64,000 nt of DNA from Nageia nagi. Its lineage: Eukaryota > Plantae > Pinophyta. A program made the translations under genes and the position numbers. Under the pieces are notes generated by a model, which was not told the DNA's origin, did no database searches, and saw only the letters and a program-made list of their open reading frames with translations. Below, one piece after another: positions 26,201-39,056 of this stretch; position 1 is the stretch's first letter, and each line of letters starts with the position of its first letter. The stretch lies in NCBI GenBank assembly GCA_050084985.1, contig JBITNC010000002.1, positions 23,560,001 to 23,624,000 on the forward strand, written 5' to 3'.

Positions 26201-27683
26201 AGTCATCAAGGTAGTATAGTCCCTCTCTCTTAGTACCATGCCCAATAATCTCCTTGCTGAGAACATCTTGAAGAAGACAAAAAGTAGAGTATATCAGCAC
26301 AACACAATTAAGCTCTTTAGTAACTTGAATCACATACATCAACTTGTTGGAGAGGGATGGAACAAGAAGTGTGTGAGCTAGAGAGAGAGAAGGAGATAGG
26401 GACACAGTTCTAGCCCCTGTGATTGGGTAAGTGGCCCCATTGGCATTGGCAATGAAATTCATTCATGTTTGAGTTGTGTTGTAGAAGTCATTTGGATCAA
26501 ATGTCATATGATCTATCACTCCAGACTCGATAATCCAAGCATCATTATTCTGAGTAGTAGAGCTGCAAAAAACTTGACCATAATTACCTTGATTTGGGGT
26601 TAAGGTAGAATGTTTAACTACAGGAATAAGAGAGAGTTGAGATCCAACCATGGCTACCACTACTCAACCTGGGACATCTTTAGTTGCAAGAGCATTTTGT
26701 TTCTTTTAGGCTTGTAATTCATGCCACCAGTCTAGGTAGCCATGTAATTTGAAATAGGTTTCCTGAGTGTGTTTTGTACTCCCATAGTGAGTGCATTTAT
26801 TCCCATCAGAATGACCTTTGCAGCATGAGGAGGACCCAAAATTATGTGACTAGCTAGATTTCATGCCTTTGATGGCCATAATAGCACCACTAGCCACTAC
26901 TTCTGCTCCCAATATAATCACATATTGTCAGAGATCTTCCCTTCGAACATGAGCATATGCCTGCTCAATTGAAGGGAAAGGTTTCAGGAAAAGAACATCA
27001 CTCCAAACATGATCCAATTGATCATATAGTCTATTAAAAAAAGTGTATACTCACTCCTGTAAAATGGAGTTGTAGCTTTGTATGTCAATTTCACATTTCA
27101 TTAGATTCAGTCGATAAAAATCGATCTCTCGCCACAATCCCTGTAGATCATTATAGTAATTTTCTATAGATCTTCCTACTTGCTTCATTCGAGATACATG
27201 ACATCTGAGCTCATATACCTGCGAGGTGTTAATTCCATCAAAGTATGTTGTGGTAGCAGAGTCCCATACCTGCTTAGCCATTGGTAGCGAATAAAGTTCA
27301 CGACCAAGGAATGGTCCATGGAGTTGATCAACCAGCCTTTCACCATGGCATTTTCAATGCACCACTTATGAAAGGAGGGGTTGGTTTTTGGTGGTTGGGG
27401 GTAGTCTCCATTGATGTATCCCAGTTTGTCTTTTCCTAAGATGTACATCTCAATAACTTGGGACCATAATCCATAGTTGGAACCATCCAACTTGATGTTG
27501 ATTGGAACCATCGGGGAATCAGTGATGGGAGAGGAAGAGATCTTGACCCTTGACAAAACCTCCATCATTTTTGATGTTAGACTATCAAGGATGTTTTTAG
27601 TGGAGTCAACCATGAAGGTCGAGCAAAATCTTGACCCCTGCCTGATCAAAAAATAGGGAACCCAAGATCATGCCATGATACCA

Positions 27684-27900
27684 TGTCAACTATGACTTTC
27701 TTTCATATCAATTTCATAAAATTGAGTACAAGATATAGAGATACAAGAAACTATTTTTGGAAGCTATTATACGTATGTACAATATTCATGGCTACAATCA
27801 TGTTTGTCCCTTGAATGAAGGGATTCCTAAATCTAAGATTTCCATAACTGGCTAATTGTGGGACTCACACCAACAGCTAATTGTGGGACTCATGCCAATA
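27684..27900 (-). repeat. Copia-3 5' LTR
   Basis: Direct repeat of 23015-23231; terminal CA changed to TA. Confidence 0.95.
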
Positions 27901-30486
27901 ATTTCTTCTACAGGATAAGTCATTTTTTATTTTTTATATTTTTGGCCATTATTTCCATCTAAAAAATGGATCCAAGAGGTACACAATTGAATCATTTTGA
28001 ATCAATAGTAGATAAATTAAGAGATAGTCAAGTAATTATCCATCCTTATATCTTTGTTAAGCATCCTTGAGGATTAACATAAATCTTTGTAATATATTCA
28101 TTCTTGTATTGCATTCATTCTACAATAGCAATATTAGATATATAATTATGTAATTATTTATTATGCCTATGTGGTGTGTTTTCTATTTACTAGATTGTAT
28201 GTATGAGAAACTATTTTCATATACGAGATAAAGTAACAAAAGGTGTGATTTATATAATTAATATCATCTTCACTAGCTAGGTATTTATTATTGTTTCATT
28301 TATGCATTCATTCAAGAGTTATTTATAGTTCTCTCAATCCATCCTTTTATATACAAATTTTCTTATGGAAGCTATAAATTTAATTATAGGCCTCATTTAT
28401 ATTAGATTATTTTTTAGATATCCATTTTTAATACATTTCAAAAAATATATAAGAAATTCCATGGGTTTTTGAACATTTTGTTAGTAGAAAATGAATTTGA
28501 ATATATGAGAAATTTTTAATTGAAATCAATAAAAAAGTATTTTTTATATATAAAGTATCCTTGAGTTTTAGATTCCCTAATATTCGATATATTATTTGGT
28601 CTAAATGATGTGAACACCTTAGTAGCAGAGCTTACATGACTTGAATGCTTTAATTTCTTAAGAGTTTGAAAATAGTTTTCTAAAAAAATATTATCAATAC
28701 TATATTAGTAAAAAATTGTGTATAGATATATCAATTGATATTCATTATTTTGTAAAATAACTAAAAATGATATTGCATGAATAATATAGAAATTTATACA
28801 AGAAGAATGGAATAGACAATGTTCTTAACAATGATTTGATCTTTGATTTATGACATGCTGATTCTGAATTTGTTGCATATAATTTTTGAAATCTAAATCT
28901 TCTTTTGGATCTACTTTTTAGATTTTAATTAATTTTACTTATTTCCCTTGTAGTATTGTTTCCCTTTATGCAAGCCTTGAATAGTGTTGATGCCATTATT
29001 CCTAAGTATTTTAATTCTCTTCTTTCCCTTTTCTAATTTTTCATTTTCCTTTAATATTTTATTTTATACTCTAGCTAAAACTAAAATTGCATCGAGATGA
29101 AACTAAAATTGAACCTACCCCTAACAGAGACTAAATTTTTAAGAACTTGTTTGCTTTTGATTTTCTATTTATTGATTTTTTTAAATATGATATACAACTA
29201 GATATGGATGATAATGCCCCAGCTAGGCATTCAATATATTTTATTAACATGAAATATTTTTAGCCTGATGAGAAAATAAGAGAGATGTAAAGATCAAGAG
29301 ATAATGACTTGACATTTGATAGAAAAGATGAGGATGAGAATATTAAAATTAAAAAATAATGAACCTTATAGAAAATTGATAGAAATGATGAGCATGAGGT
29401 GATGGCAGGTGTGATGCACCCAAATGTGTCCACCCTGCACCCAAGTGGAGGATCAAGGTTGCACTACCAATGCTACCGCTAGAGTTTATCTTATGAGAAA
29501 TGATGGATAGATGCTCTTGATGTCTATACCTGCAAGTAAACAAAGGTTAATGGGACCTCAATACTCTAGTCCCTTAAGAACCTAGAGTGTGATCAAAGAG
29601 AGGTGTTAAACCTTCTTGATAGAATATAAAACCCCTAATCCATAATCAAATGGGAATTCAAAAGCAAGTAAATACCTACAATACAATATGACATGCTCAT
29701 TCTATGCTAAGATAATAATAAAATGATAAACATAATCTAAACTACAATGAATCTAGCCTGCAATAATATTATATGCACAAATAAATACATAAAAATACTA
29801 TACACAAAGTATACAAGTTCTCCAATGCTACAAGATAGCTTCTAATGCTCTTCAATGCTCTCTAACACCTATAAGAAATCTTAAGACATGTTATGGGGTA
29901 TGCTAGAGGTGATTAGGGATTGGGATAGTGCTCAAGGCTTTGACTAGGTGATGGAGGAAGGTTAGTAATGGTAATGAGCAAAAATGATGCAAATGGAAAA
30001 GAGAGGAAAAATAAAATTCAAATTTAACTTATAGATTAGGCATCAAACTAGTAGGATGGTTGACCTAGTCCATTGGTTGATTAGCAAGCTAACCAATCGA
30101 TAGACTAGGGACACCAGTATGTTAGTTCAATGCTTGACACATAGGATCAAAAATAGATATGATGTAATGATTGGATAAAAGCATAAAGATGCAAAATGAT
30201 TAGGAGAAAAATAATGATTTTGAGGTGCTTCTAGATTCCCCCTTTTGAGGTGAGCTTTACAAGATGCAAAAGTCAACTCAAAAGCCAAAGAGAAAATGAT
30301 GATGATCAAATGATAATGGTCAAAGAGATATTGATAATGATTATTATCAATGACTAATAACATTTCATTTACATGAAGGGATGTGGAGGTACATAAACCT
30401 ACCACATGCTAAAGCACAAATGCTAGATGGTCAAGAGTTGAGGTGAGTCAAAACTCTAAGGCATGATCATGATATCAAAAGGAAAC

Positions 30487-30815
30487 TTTACCCCATGATG
30501 AATGGAAAGTAAAGAAAAAAATAATGAAAGCAAAAATCATTTTGCAAGCAAGAAAAGAATAAAGAATGATGGCCTTGTCCTATGCTACATGATGAATGGA
30601 AAGAAAAGGAAAGATAAGTCTTTCCCCATGCTGAATGAAAAGCAAGGAAAATAATGATAAGATCTTGCCCCATACTTGAAATAACAAAGATAAATATTTC
30701 CCCATGCTCAATGGAAAGGAAGAGAAATAAGGGTTGAGGATAACTTTATCCCATGTTGAATAGAAATCAAAGGAGATATCCCCAAAAATATATCTTTTTC
30801 CCATGTTGAATATAA
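30487..30815. repeat. Degenerate tandem repeat (about 7 units of roughly 30-50 bp starting CCCCATG...GAA)
   Basis: CCCATG/CCTATG-led units near 30491, 30578, 30624, 30668, 30700, 30750 and 30800. Confidence 0.7.
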
Positions 30816-32059
30816 AGAAAAGATATTGAAAATGATCAAAGTGATATTATGTGCAATGTGATGCAAAGTCAACATAGTCATGTGAAGGGTATATATGGCT
30901 ATAACACCTCTTGGTAGCAACATTTTCGTATTGTAACCAATTTTCATTATACCAACATCTTGTTGATGCTCATGTATTTTCTTTGATTGGGCTTAATATC
31001 AAAATATTTGCTTGTAATTACTTTGGTAGGATATCTAATAATGACTCCTCCAAAGTAGTGAAGTTTCTAATTTACCTTAGATTGTGGGGTTGTTCTTGCT
31101 CATGCATGATTATTTGTTGATTATTTTCTTAGTTAAATTGATGGTTTGTTTTGATATACTTAATAGTTTTTATTACACTTTTGACTCTGATAATAATTCT
31201 TCTTATGTAATTTGATATCACCTAATTGGATATTGAGTTCCTCAATGAGCTTTCCTTGCAACAAGAAATCCTTGAAAGATTTATGTTGTTGGATTTGCAA
31301 GATATAAGATATTTGCTTGTTACATCTATTACTAAAAATCTTGATAAGTTCATCTTGTGGAAACTTATATGATAAATCTATTACAATCGGTCTCCATCTA
31401 GTCACATAATCATTGATAGACTCATCATAATATTGTCATATTTTTGTTAAGTCCTTTAAATATATTTTTTCCTTATGTTTATGGAAAAATAATCCAAGAA
31501 GAGAATTGGATAGTTACCCAAAATAATATATTCTATGCTAAGGTAATTTATTATACCAATCCAAAGCTTGGCATGCTAAAGTTATTGGAAATATCCTAAG
31601 TATGAGGACATCATCATTTCATATAAGATAGTATGAATACTTGAATTACCTCAATTGCTCCTATGGATATTCTTTCTATTTAAACTTTGCTATTTTAGGA
31701 ACCTCAAAATTGTAGGGAAATGACTTGATTTGATCCAAAGGGTTAATATGTTCATTTATAATCGATTGATAACATAGGTTGCTTTTGCTTTGATTGTTGA
31801 TCCTTGATTCCATATCTTGCAAAATCTTCAAGATATCATCATGAATTATTGGAGGTTGTTGTGTTACCATGCTTTGTACTTGATATGTTGGTTTATAGCC
31901 TTGTAACATGCTTTGTCCCGATGGTTGATTCCATGTCAGATTAGGAACAAATTGACTTTGAGGTACATATGCTTGAGTTTATGGATGAACCAATTAATTA
32001 ATGTATCCTTGAATATTATATGATGGTTGCTTCATAAAAAAAGAGGGGAGAGCACTAAC

Positions 32060-32578
32060 TGAAGGATTTTGACAATTACAGAATATTGGAACATCAAAAA
32101 ATAGATTGCATTACTATGGAGCAAGATTACAATCCTAGAGCTTCAAAAAACATTTCTAGAGCTCGTCAGGAGCTAGTCTGGAGCTCATCTGGAGCTTGTA
32201 TGGAGCTCATCTGGAGTTCATCTGAAGCACGTCTGGAGTTCATCTGGAGCACATCCAGAGTTCATCTGGAGCTCATCTAAAGTCCCTTTCCTAGTGCTCT
32301 ATCTTCCTACTCTACCTAAGTTAGTTTGCTATTAAAGTATTTACAGCTCTCATCCACTACCCCACTGCGGCTGCATGCAAGTGGAACACATACAAACGTT
32401 ACGTTGCAAGTTTGTTCCCAACTACTTCATTAGATTAAATAGTTTTAGCATATTCTTGCTGTAGCCACCAACTACATAGCCTCCAATCATAGTAGCCCGT
32501 TAAACTATGTAACAAGAAAAGAAAATGCCTCAGCCAAGACAAGTGGAGTGAAATGAATTTGAAGCTGAGTTGTCTACA
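32060..32578 (-). repeat. Copia-4 3' LTR (519 bp, 11 units of an 11-bp minisatellite at 32159-32279)
   Basis: TG...CA, direct repeat of 36782-37289. Confidence 0.97.
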
Positions 32579-35500
32579 TTCTCCCCCTTGATGCAAAGAG
32601 GACTCACCATGGAGTCTCTAAGCATCACATACTGAGCTTTGACAACACCTTTTATGAAAATATTAGCCAAGTTGATCTTGGTGTTGCAATAGTGAAGCTC
32701 AATTTGGTCCTTCTCCACCATGTCACGAATGAAGTGGTACTTGAGTTGGAAGTGCTTTGACCTACTGTGGTGGATGGGATTATGTGCCAACTAAATGGCA
32801 CTTTGGTTATCACAGTAAAGAATTGTTGGTCCATGTTATTTCTCACCAATTTCATCAAGTAGTTTCCTTAGCCATAAGGCTTGTGCACTAGCTACGGTGA
32901 GGGCTATATACTCAGCCTCACAATAAGAGAGAGCAACTGTAGATTGCTTCTTAGAACTCCATGTTATCATTCCTGAACCAAGTGAGAAACATTGCCCAGA
33001 AGTGGACTTCCTATCATCCAAATTGCTACCCCAATCACTGTCACTAAAACCAACAAGCTTAAACTTTTCAACATGAGAGTAGTGAAGACCATAACCAATG
33101 GTACCTTTAACATACCTCAAAATGCATTTTACAGCCTTCAAATGCAAAATAGAAGGATCATTCATGTATCTAGATACCAAAGAGATAGCAAATTGTATAT
33201 CAGGCCTAGTGTTGCAAAGGAACATAAGGCTGCCAACTATGCTTCTAAATTTTGTCACACTTGCTTTTGGAGCACCATCATCCTTACAAAGTAACTCACC
33301 ATGAGCTACAGGATTGTGAATAACAGTACAATTCATCATACCATACTTAGAAAGCATGTCCCTTGCATATTTACTTTGACAAACAAAAATCTCTTCTTAA
33401 CATTGGTGGACCTCCATGCCAAGAAAGTACCTCATAAGGCCCAAATCCTTCATTTCAAACTCATTCATCAAATCAGTCTTAAATTTGTTGTTCAAGATGG
33501 GATCACTTCCCATATATATCAAATCATCAACATAAAGAGAAACAAGCAAAGTCTGATTACCTTCTCTCTTGATGTAGAGTGTTGGCTCATTCTTGCTCCT
33601 CATGAGTCCAAAATTCTGAAAGTATCCATCTATGCGAGTGTACCAAGCTCTTGGAGCTTGCTTAAGACCATACAAGGCCTTCTTGAGCTTGTACACATGA
33701 TGTTCTTTTCCTTGCACTTGAAAACTTTGAGGCTGTTGTACAAAAACCTCTTCATCCAAGTAACCATTCAAGAATGCACTCTTCACATCCATGTGGTAAA
33801 CACTCCAATGGTTTTGGGTAGCCATTGAAAGAAGCAACCTTACTGTTTCTTGCCTTGCAACCGGTGCAAAAGTCTCTTCAAATTCTACACCATGTTTTTG
33901 TGTGAAGCCTTTAGCAACCAATCTTGCTTTGTGTCTCTCTATGGTACCATCACTGTTGTACTTGGTCTTGTAGACCCACTTGGAACCCACACACCTCTTT
34001 CCTTTGGGCAACTCACAAAGTTCCCAAGTGTCATTTTTGTTTATGGAGTGAAGCTCCTCTTGCATAGCCTTCACCCACATGTTTTTGGTGCAATCTTCCT
34101 CATAACAAGATGGATCAAAAATAGAAATATTAGTATTTGGGACTGCACACAAAGCATAGTTCACCATCTCACCCTTTGGATCCTCATCAAGTTCCATATT
34201 GCTAAATTGCTTAACAAACTTCTCCATTTCATGAAATTGACTTCTTGTTAATATTTGATGGAAATTTTGATCTAAAACTCGAGAAGGAGGATGGTTTTGA
34301 AAGTGTCTTTTACCTCTCTTGGTCTTCATCACTTCTTGGATCACTTTTGAAGAGCCACCACTTGAAGGTGAGCTTGGAGTGGATTTTGAGCTTTGAGATG
34401 GACTTGATGGAGGACTTGGAGGCACCACTTAGAGGTTTGGAAGAGAATTTGATCTCTTGGGCTGTACATTCTTTGCTTATGAAGTATCTTCATGGCTGGT
34501 CACTCCTCCTCCAATGTCTACAATGCATTTTTGCTGCTGTCCATACACTTTCCCCTCCTCAAAAATGACATCCTGGGAGACAAGTGTTTTCTTGGTTTTG
34601 GGGTTGTAAAGCCTATATGCTTTACTCTCATCACTGTATCCAATGAACACACATGGTTCACTCTTTGCATCCAACTTTTTTCTATGCTCCTTTGGCACAT
34701 GAGCATATGCCAAACACCCAAAAACTCTGAAATGCCGGACAGTAGGCTTCTTATCATACCAAGCCTCATAGGGGGTCTTGCCATCAATGGCACTAGTGGA
34801 ACACCTATTCAAGATGTAGTTTGCTATCTTTACCACTTCAGCCCAATACATGTAATGCAATTTTTTGGATTGCATCAAACATCTTGCCATCTCCATGAGA
34901 GTTCTATTCTTCCTCTCTGCCACACCATTTTGTTGAGGAGTATAGGCTGTAGTAAACTGTCTTTTGATGCCATTTTGCTTGAAAAACTTAGAAAAATCAG
35001 TAGAAGAATACTCTCCTCCTCTATCACTCCTCACACATTTAATCTTATGTTCACATTCATTCTCAACCATCTCTTTGAATTCTTTAAAAAACTCAAATGC
35101 TTCATCTTTATGCTTCAAAAAATAGACCCAACTCATTCTACTAAAATCATCAATGAAGGTGAGAAAATAAGAACTCATACCAAGACTTTTGTTTTGCATT
35201 GGTCCACATAAATCAGTATGAACCAACTATAGTGGGAATGAGGCCCTCCATGCTTTCCCATGATCAAATTTCTGCCTTGTTTGCTTGCCCAACACACAAC
35301 CTTCACAAACTGATTTTGGATTTTCAACAAGAGGTAAACCATGAACTAGCTCATGAGATAGTTTCAAACTACTGAAATTTACATGTCCAAATCTAAGATG
35401 CCATAACCAGGACTCATCTTTAACAGCCACATTTGCAAGAATATTATCCCCCTTTTCTCCAAGTTTCAATGGGAATAAACAATTTGGAGACATCTTAACA

Positions 35501-36689
35501 GTAGAAACTAACTTATGCCCATGGTTCTTATCAAAAATTTTACACTTACCCTCATCAAATACTAGCTTGTAGTTATTTTCCAACATCTACCCAATACTCA
35601 ACAAACTATGAGCCATATCCGGAGTGTGATACACATTGTGCATCTTCTTCATCCCATGCTTGGTAGGCACCTCAAGCATGCCTTTGCCAGCCACCTCAAT
35701 TGCAGAATTATTGCCAAGTTTGATACTTGACTTGTAGGAATGGTCCATGGATGAAAGTAGCTCCCCCTTACCGGTCATATGGTTTGAACATCCAGAGTCC
35801 AACAACCAAGTCTCCTCTTGTTTTGTTTTAGCCATATTGGCTGTCTCCTCCATGGAAAGAAAGAGAGTTTCACCATACTCTTCTTCCTCTCCAAAATTTG
35901 CCACTTTTCCATCACCATTTGCCGCTTGTTTTGCTCTACACTCCCTCTCATAATGCCCATACTTGTTGCAGTAGTAACATTGAGCATTCCTCTTGTCACC
36001 ATTGCTTCTACCTCTTCCTCTTATGCTGGAATAGCCTCCTCTTTACTGGATTGGACTGGTTCATCATCAACCATTTCTTCATGAGACATAAGGCAGCCAA
36101 TGAGAGAATCTATCTCCATTTGAGAGAGGTCTTTTGTCTCCATCAATATCACAGCAATGTGATGCCACTTCTTGGTAAGAGATCTCAGAATTTTTTTTAT
36201 TACAATGGCCTTCTCCAAGGTCTCTCCAAGAGTTAGCATTTTGTTCACAATCTCTTTCACTCTAACACAATAATCTGAAGCTTTTTCACTCTCCTTCATT
36301 TTTAAATTCTCAAATTCTGCCCTTAGAATCTGCAATTTTACCTCCTTCACTTGATCACTCCCTTGGAATCCTACCTTCAACACAGCCCAAGCCTCTTTGG
36401 CTATCTTGCAGCCTGCAATTCTTGGAAAAATGCTCCTATCAAGAGCTACTTGGAGATGAGACAAGGCAAGAGAGTTCTTGCTCCTACATTCCTTCATAGC
36501 TTTCTTATCTTCTACAGAAAGAGAGCTCCAATCTGCTGGCTCTACATAGCCATCATCAATAACATCCCACAAATCTTTGCCAATGAGCAAAGTTTGTATC
36601 TTGATGCTCCAATATCCATAGTCAATGCCATCAAACTCTGGAATGGGAATGGATGAGCTTGTGTTGCTGGCCATTATACCTGCAAACAA
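32530..36689 (-). pseudogene. Copia-4 gag-pol polyprotein (gag, CCHC, protease, GAG-pre-integrase, integrase, RT, RNase H) with several nonsense codons and one frameshift
   Basis: WLLDSGCSNHM; VHTDLCGP...SDRGGEY...QQNGVAERKNR; LYVDDL; FSDSDW...EAEY; collinear ORF fragments, frameshift near 36020. Confidence 0.95.
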
Positions 36690-36781
36690 GAAACCAAAAC
36701 ACTACAAGCAACTTTTGCAATTGCTAGAAGCCACAGGCTTTCTCAAACCCAGCTCAGACCCAACAATGCTCTGATACCAAA

Positions 36782-37289
36782 TGAAGGATTTTGACAATTA
36801 CAGAATATTGGAACATCAAAAAATAGATTGCATTACTATGGAGCAAGATTACAATCCTAGAGCTTCAAAAAACATTTCTAGAGCTCGTCAGGAGCTAGTT
36901 TGGAGCTCGTCTGGAGCTCGTCTGGAGTTCATCTGGAGCACGTCTAGAGTTCATCTGGAGCACATCCAGAGTTCATCTGGAGCTCATTTGAAGTCCCTTT
37001 CCTAGTGCTCTATCTTCCTACTCTGCCTAAGTTAGTTTGCTATTAAAGTATTTACAACTCTCATCCACTACCCCGCTGCGGCTGCATGCAAGTGGAACAC
37101 ATACAAATGTTACATTGCAAGTTTGTTCCCAACTACTTCATTAGATTAAACAATTTTAGCATATTCTTGCTGTAGCCACCAACTGCATAGCCTCCAATCA
37201 TAGTAGCCCATTAAACTGTGTAACAAGAAAAGAAAACGCCTCAGCCAAGACAAGTGGAGTGAAAAGAATTTGAAGCTGAGTTGTCTACA
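36782..37289 (-). repeat. Copia-4 5' LTR (508 bp, 10 units of the 11-bp minisatellite at 36881-36990)
   Basis: TG...CA, next to the PBS. Confidence 0.97.
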
Positions 37290-39056
37290 CTAACATATTG
37301 ATAATATTGGTTAATAATACCTTGAGAACCCATTTATTAAAAATTTCCTTGGATTTGGTTGACTTGCTTGATAGGAAAAATTAATTAATCCAACATTGAC
37401 AAATTGAGATAATTGATTTTGATGTAGATATGGGAATCTAAAGGGAGGGATACCATGATTAATCCCTAATCCATGTGATGTAATCAATGGATTATATGGC
37501 ACAATAAGAGATTTTGGAGGACTAAGAGGCTTATCACCATGATTAAGTTGTGCACTTGATAAAAGAGGGAAAATGCTTGATGGCAAGGATGTGGGTAGGG
37601 CTTCTTGTGATATTGCTTATTGAAAAGGTTGATATGTGATTTAATTTATTGCAATAAGTGGTGAAGAATTGATAAAATAAGATTAGGGATTATGATATGA
37701 AGGATCATAATGATAAGTCACATTGTCAATATGAGAAGATGAGAGCATGCTTTGACTAAGATGATATTGAAGGTGAATTTCTTAAAAAGAGATGCCAAGA
37801 TTTCTTAAACAACAAGATCATCAACAAATTTAGTTTTGATGACTTCAGGAAGATTTTGAAATAAGGTTGTGACTTGATTTCAATGTCCAATTAGGAACCG
37901 AGACACATAGTAGCATGAAGAGAAGAATGATGAGAAGGATGGAAAGAGGGATGAAAATGATGAGAAGGGGTTGAAATATGATATTAAGGGGTGATTGGCT
38001 TAGAATGAAGGAGTTGATATGGTAGCTCTTGATCTTGATCTTGCTCTTGCTCTTGATCTAGTTGATGGGATCTAGGGGTGGCTACCATATTCACATTAGT
38101 ATTGCTATAAAAAAATTTCTAATTTAAATTAACCTTAAAAAGAAAGGAACATATGGAAATAAGAACATTGTTGCTAATCTAAATGTCCCAAAGGTGCTAA
38201 AAAATAATATGAAAATAAAAATCAAGCCTAAATATTTTTTATTTTGATTTGATTTACTTTTTCTTGTAGTGCACGCAAAGCTAATGAACAAATATCCTAT
38301 ATGATAAGATAATAATGTCTACATGATTATGATTTGATGATGATTAATCTAGCAATGGTGATTTATATTTATCTAATTGCTTCTTGTTCAATTTGGCTAT
38401 TAAATTGATTAGTGATGATTAATTTTATGGTAAATTGACCTCTTGATTAGTTTTCCTAAGGATTGATCTAGTCATTTCTTTAAGGGTGGATGCTTGATCT
38501 TAAGGGAAGGGAACATTTAAAGGCTCAACTCAAGTACCCCATCTTGGTAATGACCTCCAAGTGTGAGTGACCTTAGGGTAGTGACTTCATGTGCCTCGCT
38601 CAATCTTAGGCTTATGTCATTAAAAGTACATGATTAATTGACTAATGATATGCAACTAAATGGATGCAAACTACAAATTACACCCTTCACAAGATATGAT
38701 AAGGCATTCCCATCAAAGGATGCAAATTTTACTAATGTAAGAGTGAAAAAAAATAGTCCTAAGATCCAAATAGTAAACAAGAATTGAGATGAAGCATAAC
38801 AAAAGTGGGATATAGGTCTAGGAGGCTCCCACTCTAAGATCCTGACATGTACAATACCTATTTATATGCTTTGATCCTAGCTAGTACATTGCATATTGGT
38901 TAGTAGTACCAATCGATGGACCAATCAACTAGTCCACCTACCAATTACAATGATGCCAAGAGAAATTAAAAAAAAGTAGTATAAAAATGCTAAGAATAAA
39001 ATATATGCATACAATATAGGAGATTAAATGCTAACAATGGACTATTTCCACCTAAT

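Larger units (their letters stand above)
23015..27900 (-). mobile_element. Full-length Ty1/copia element (Copia-3, Ale/Retrofit-like), short LTRs, ORF disrupted
   Basis: 217-bp LTRs 23015-23231 and 27684-27900 (about 10 substitutions); TSD ATTTC at 23010-23014 and 27901-27905; PPT 23232-23240; PBS TGGTATCATGGC 27672-27683; gag, PR (WIIESGVIDHM), IN, RT and RNase H remnants. Confidence 0.96.
32060..37289 (-). mobile_element. Full-length, relatively young Ty1/copia element (Copia-4)
   Basis: LTRs 32060-32578 and 36782-37289; TSD CTAAC at 32055-32059 and 37290-37294; perfect tRNA-iMet PBS TGGTATCAGAGC at 36768-36779; PPT 32579-32590. Confidence 0.98.
29370..39056 (-). mobile_element. Degenerate Ty3/gypsy (Tat/Ogre-like) remnant, gag only, interrupted by Copia-4; boundaries approximate
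   Basis: Retrotrans_gag-like FEVPKIAKFK...DDVLILRIFPITLACQALDWYNKLP (about 31540-31720); Pro/Gln-rich gag N-terminus resumes at 37295-38085; tandem repeats at 30490-30810; LTR-like sequence at about 29370-30480; no pol seen. Confidence 0.6.

Noticed and set aside
28450-29370. Possible DNA-transposon (hAT-like) remnant
   Set aside because: No TIRs, TSD or convincing transposase motif; too AT-decayed to support.
32086-32280. ORFs with WSSS repeats in both Copia-4 LTRs
   Set aside because: Translation of the 11-bp minisatellite, which is not a multiple of three.
32992-36656. Long + strand ORFs (e.g. 34492-35211, 33301-33828)
   Set aside because: Antisense shadows of the nearly intact Copia-4 gag-pol with no independent motifs.
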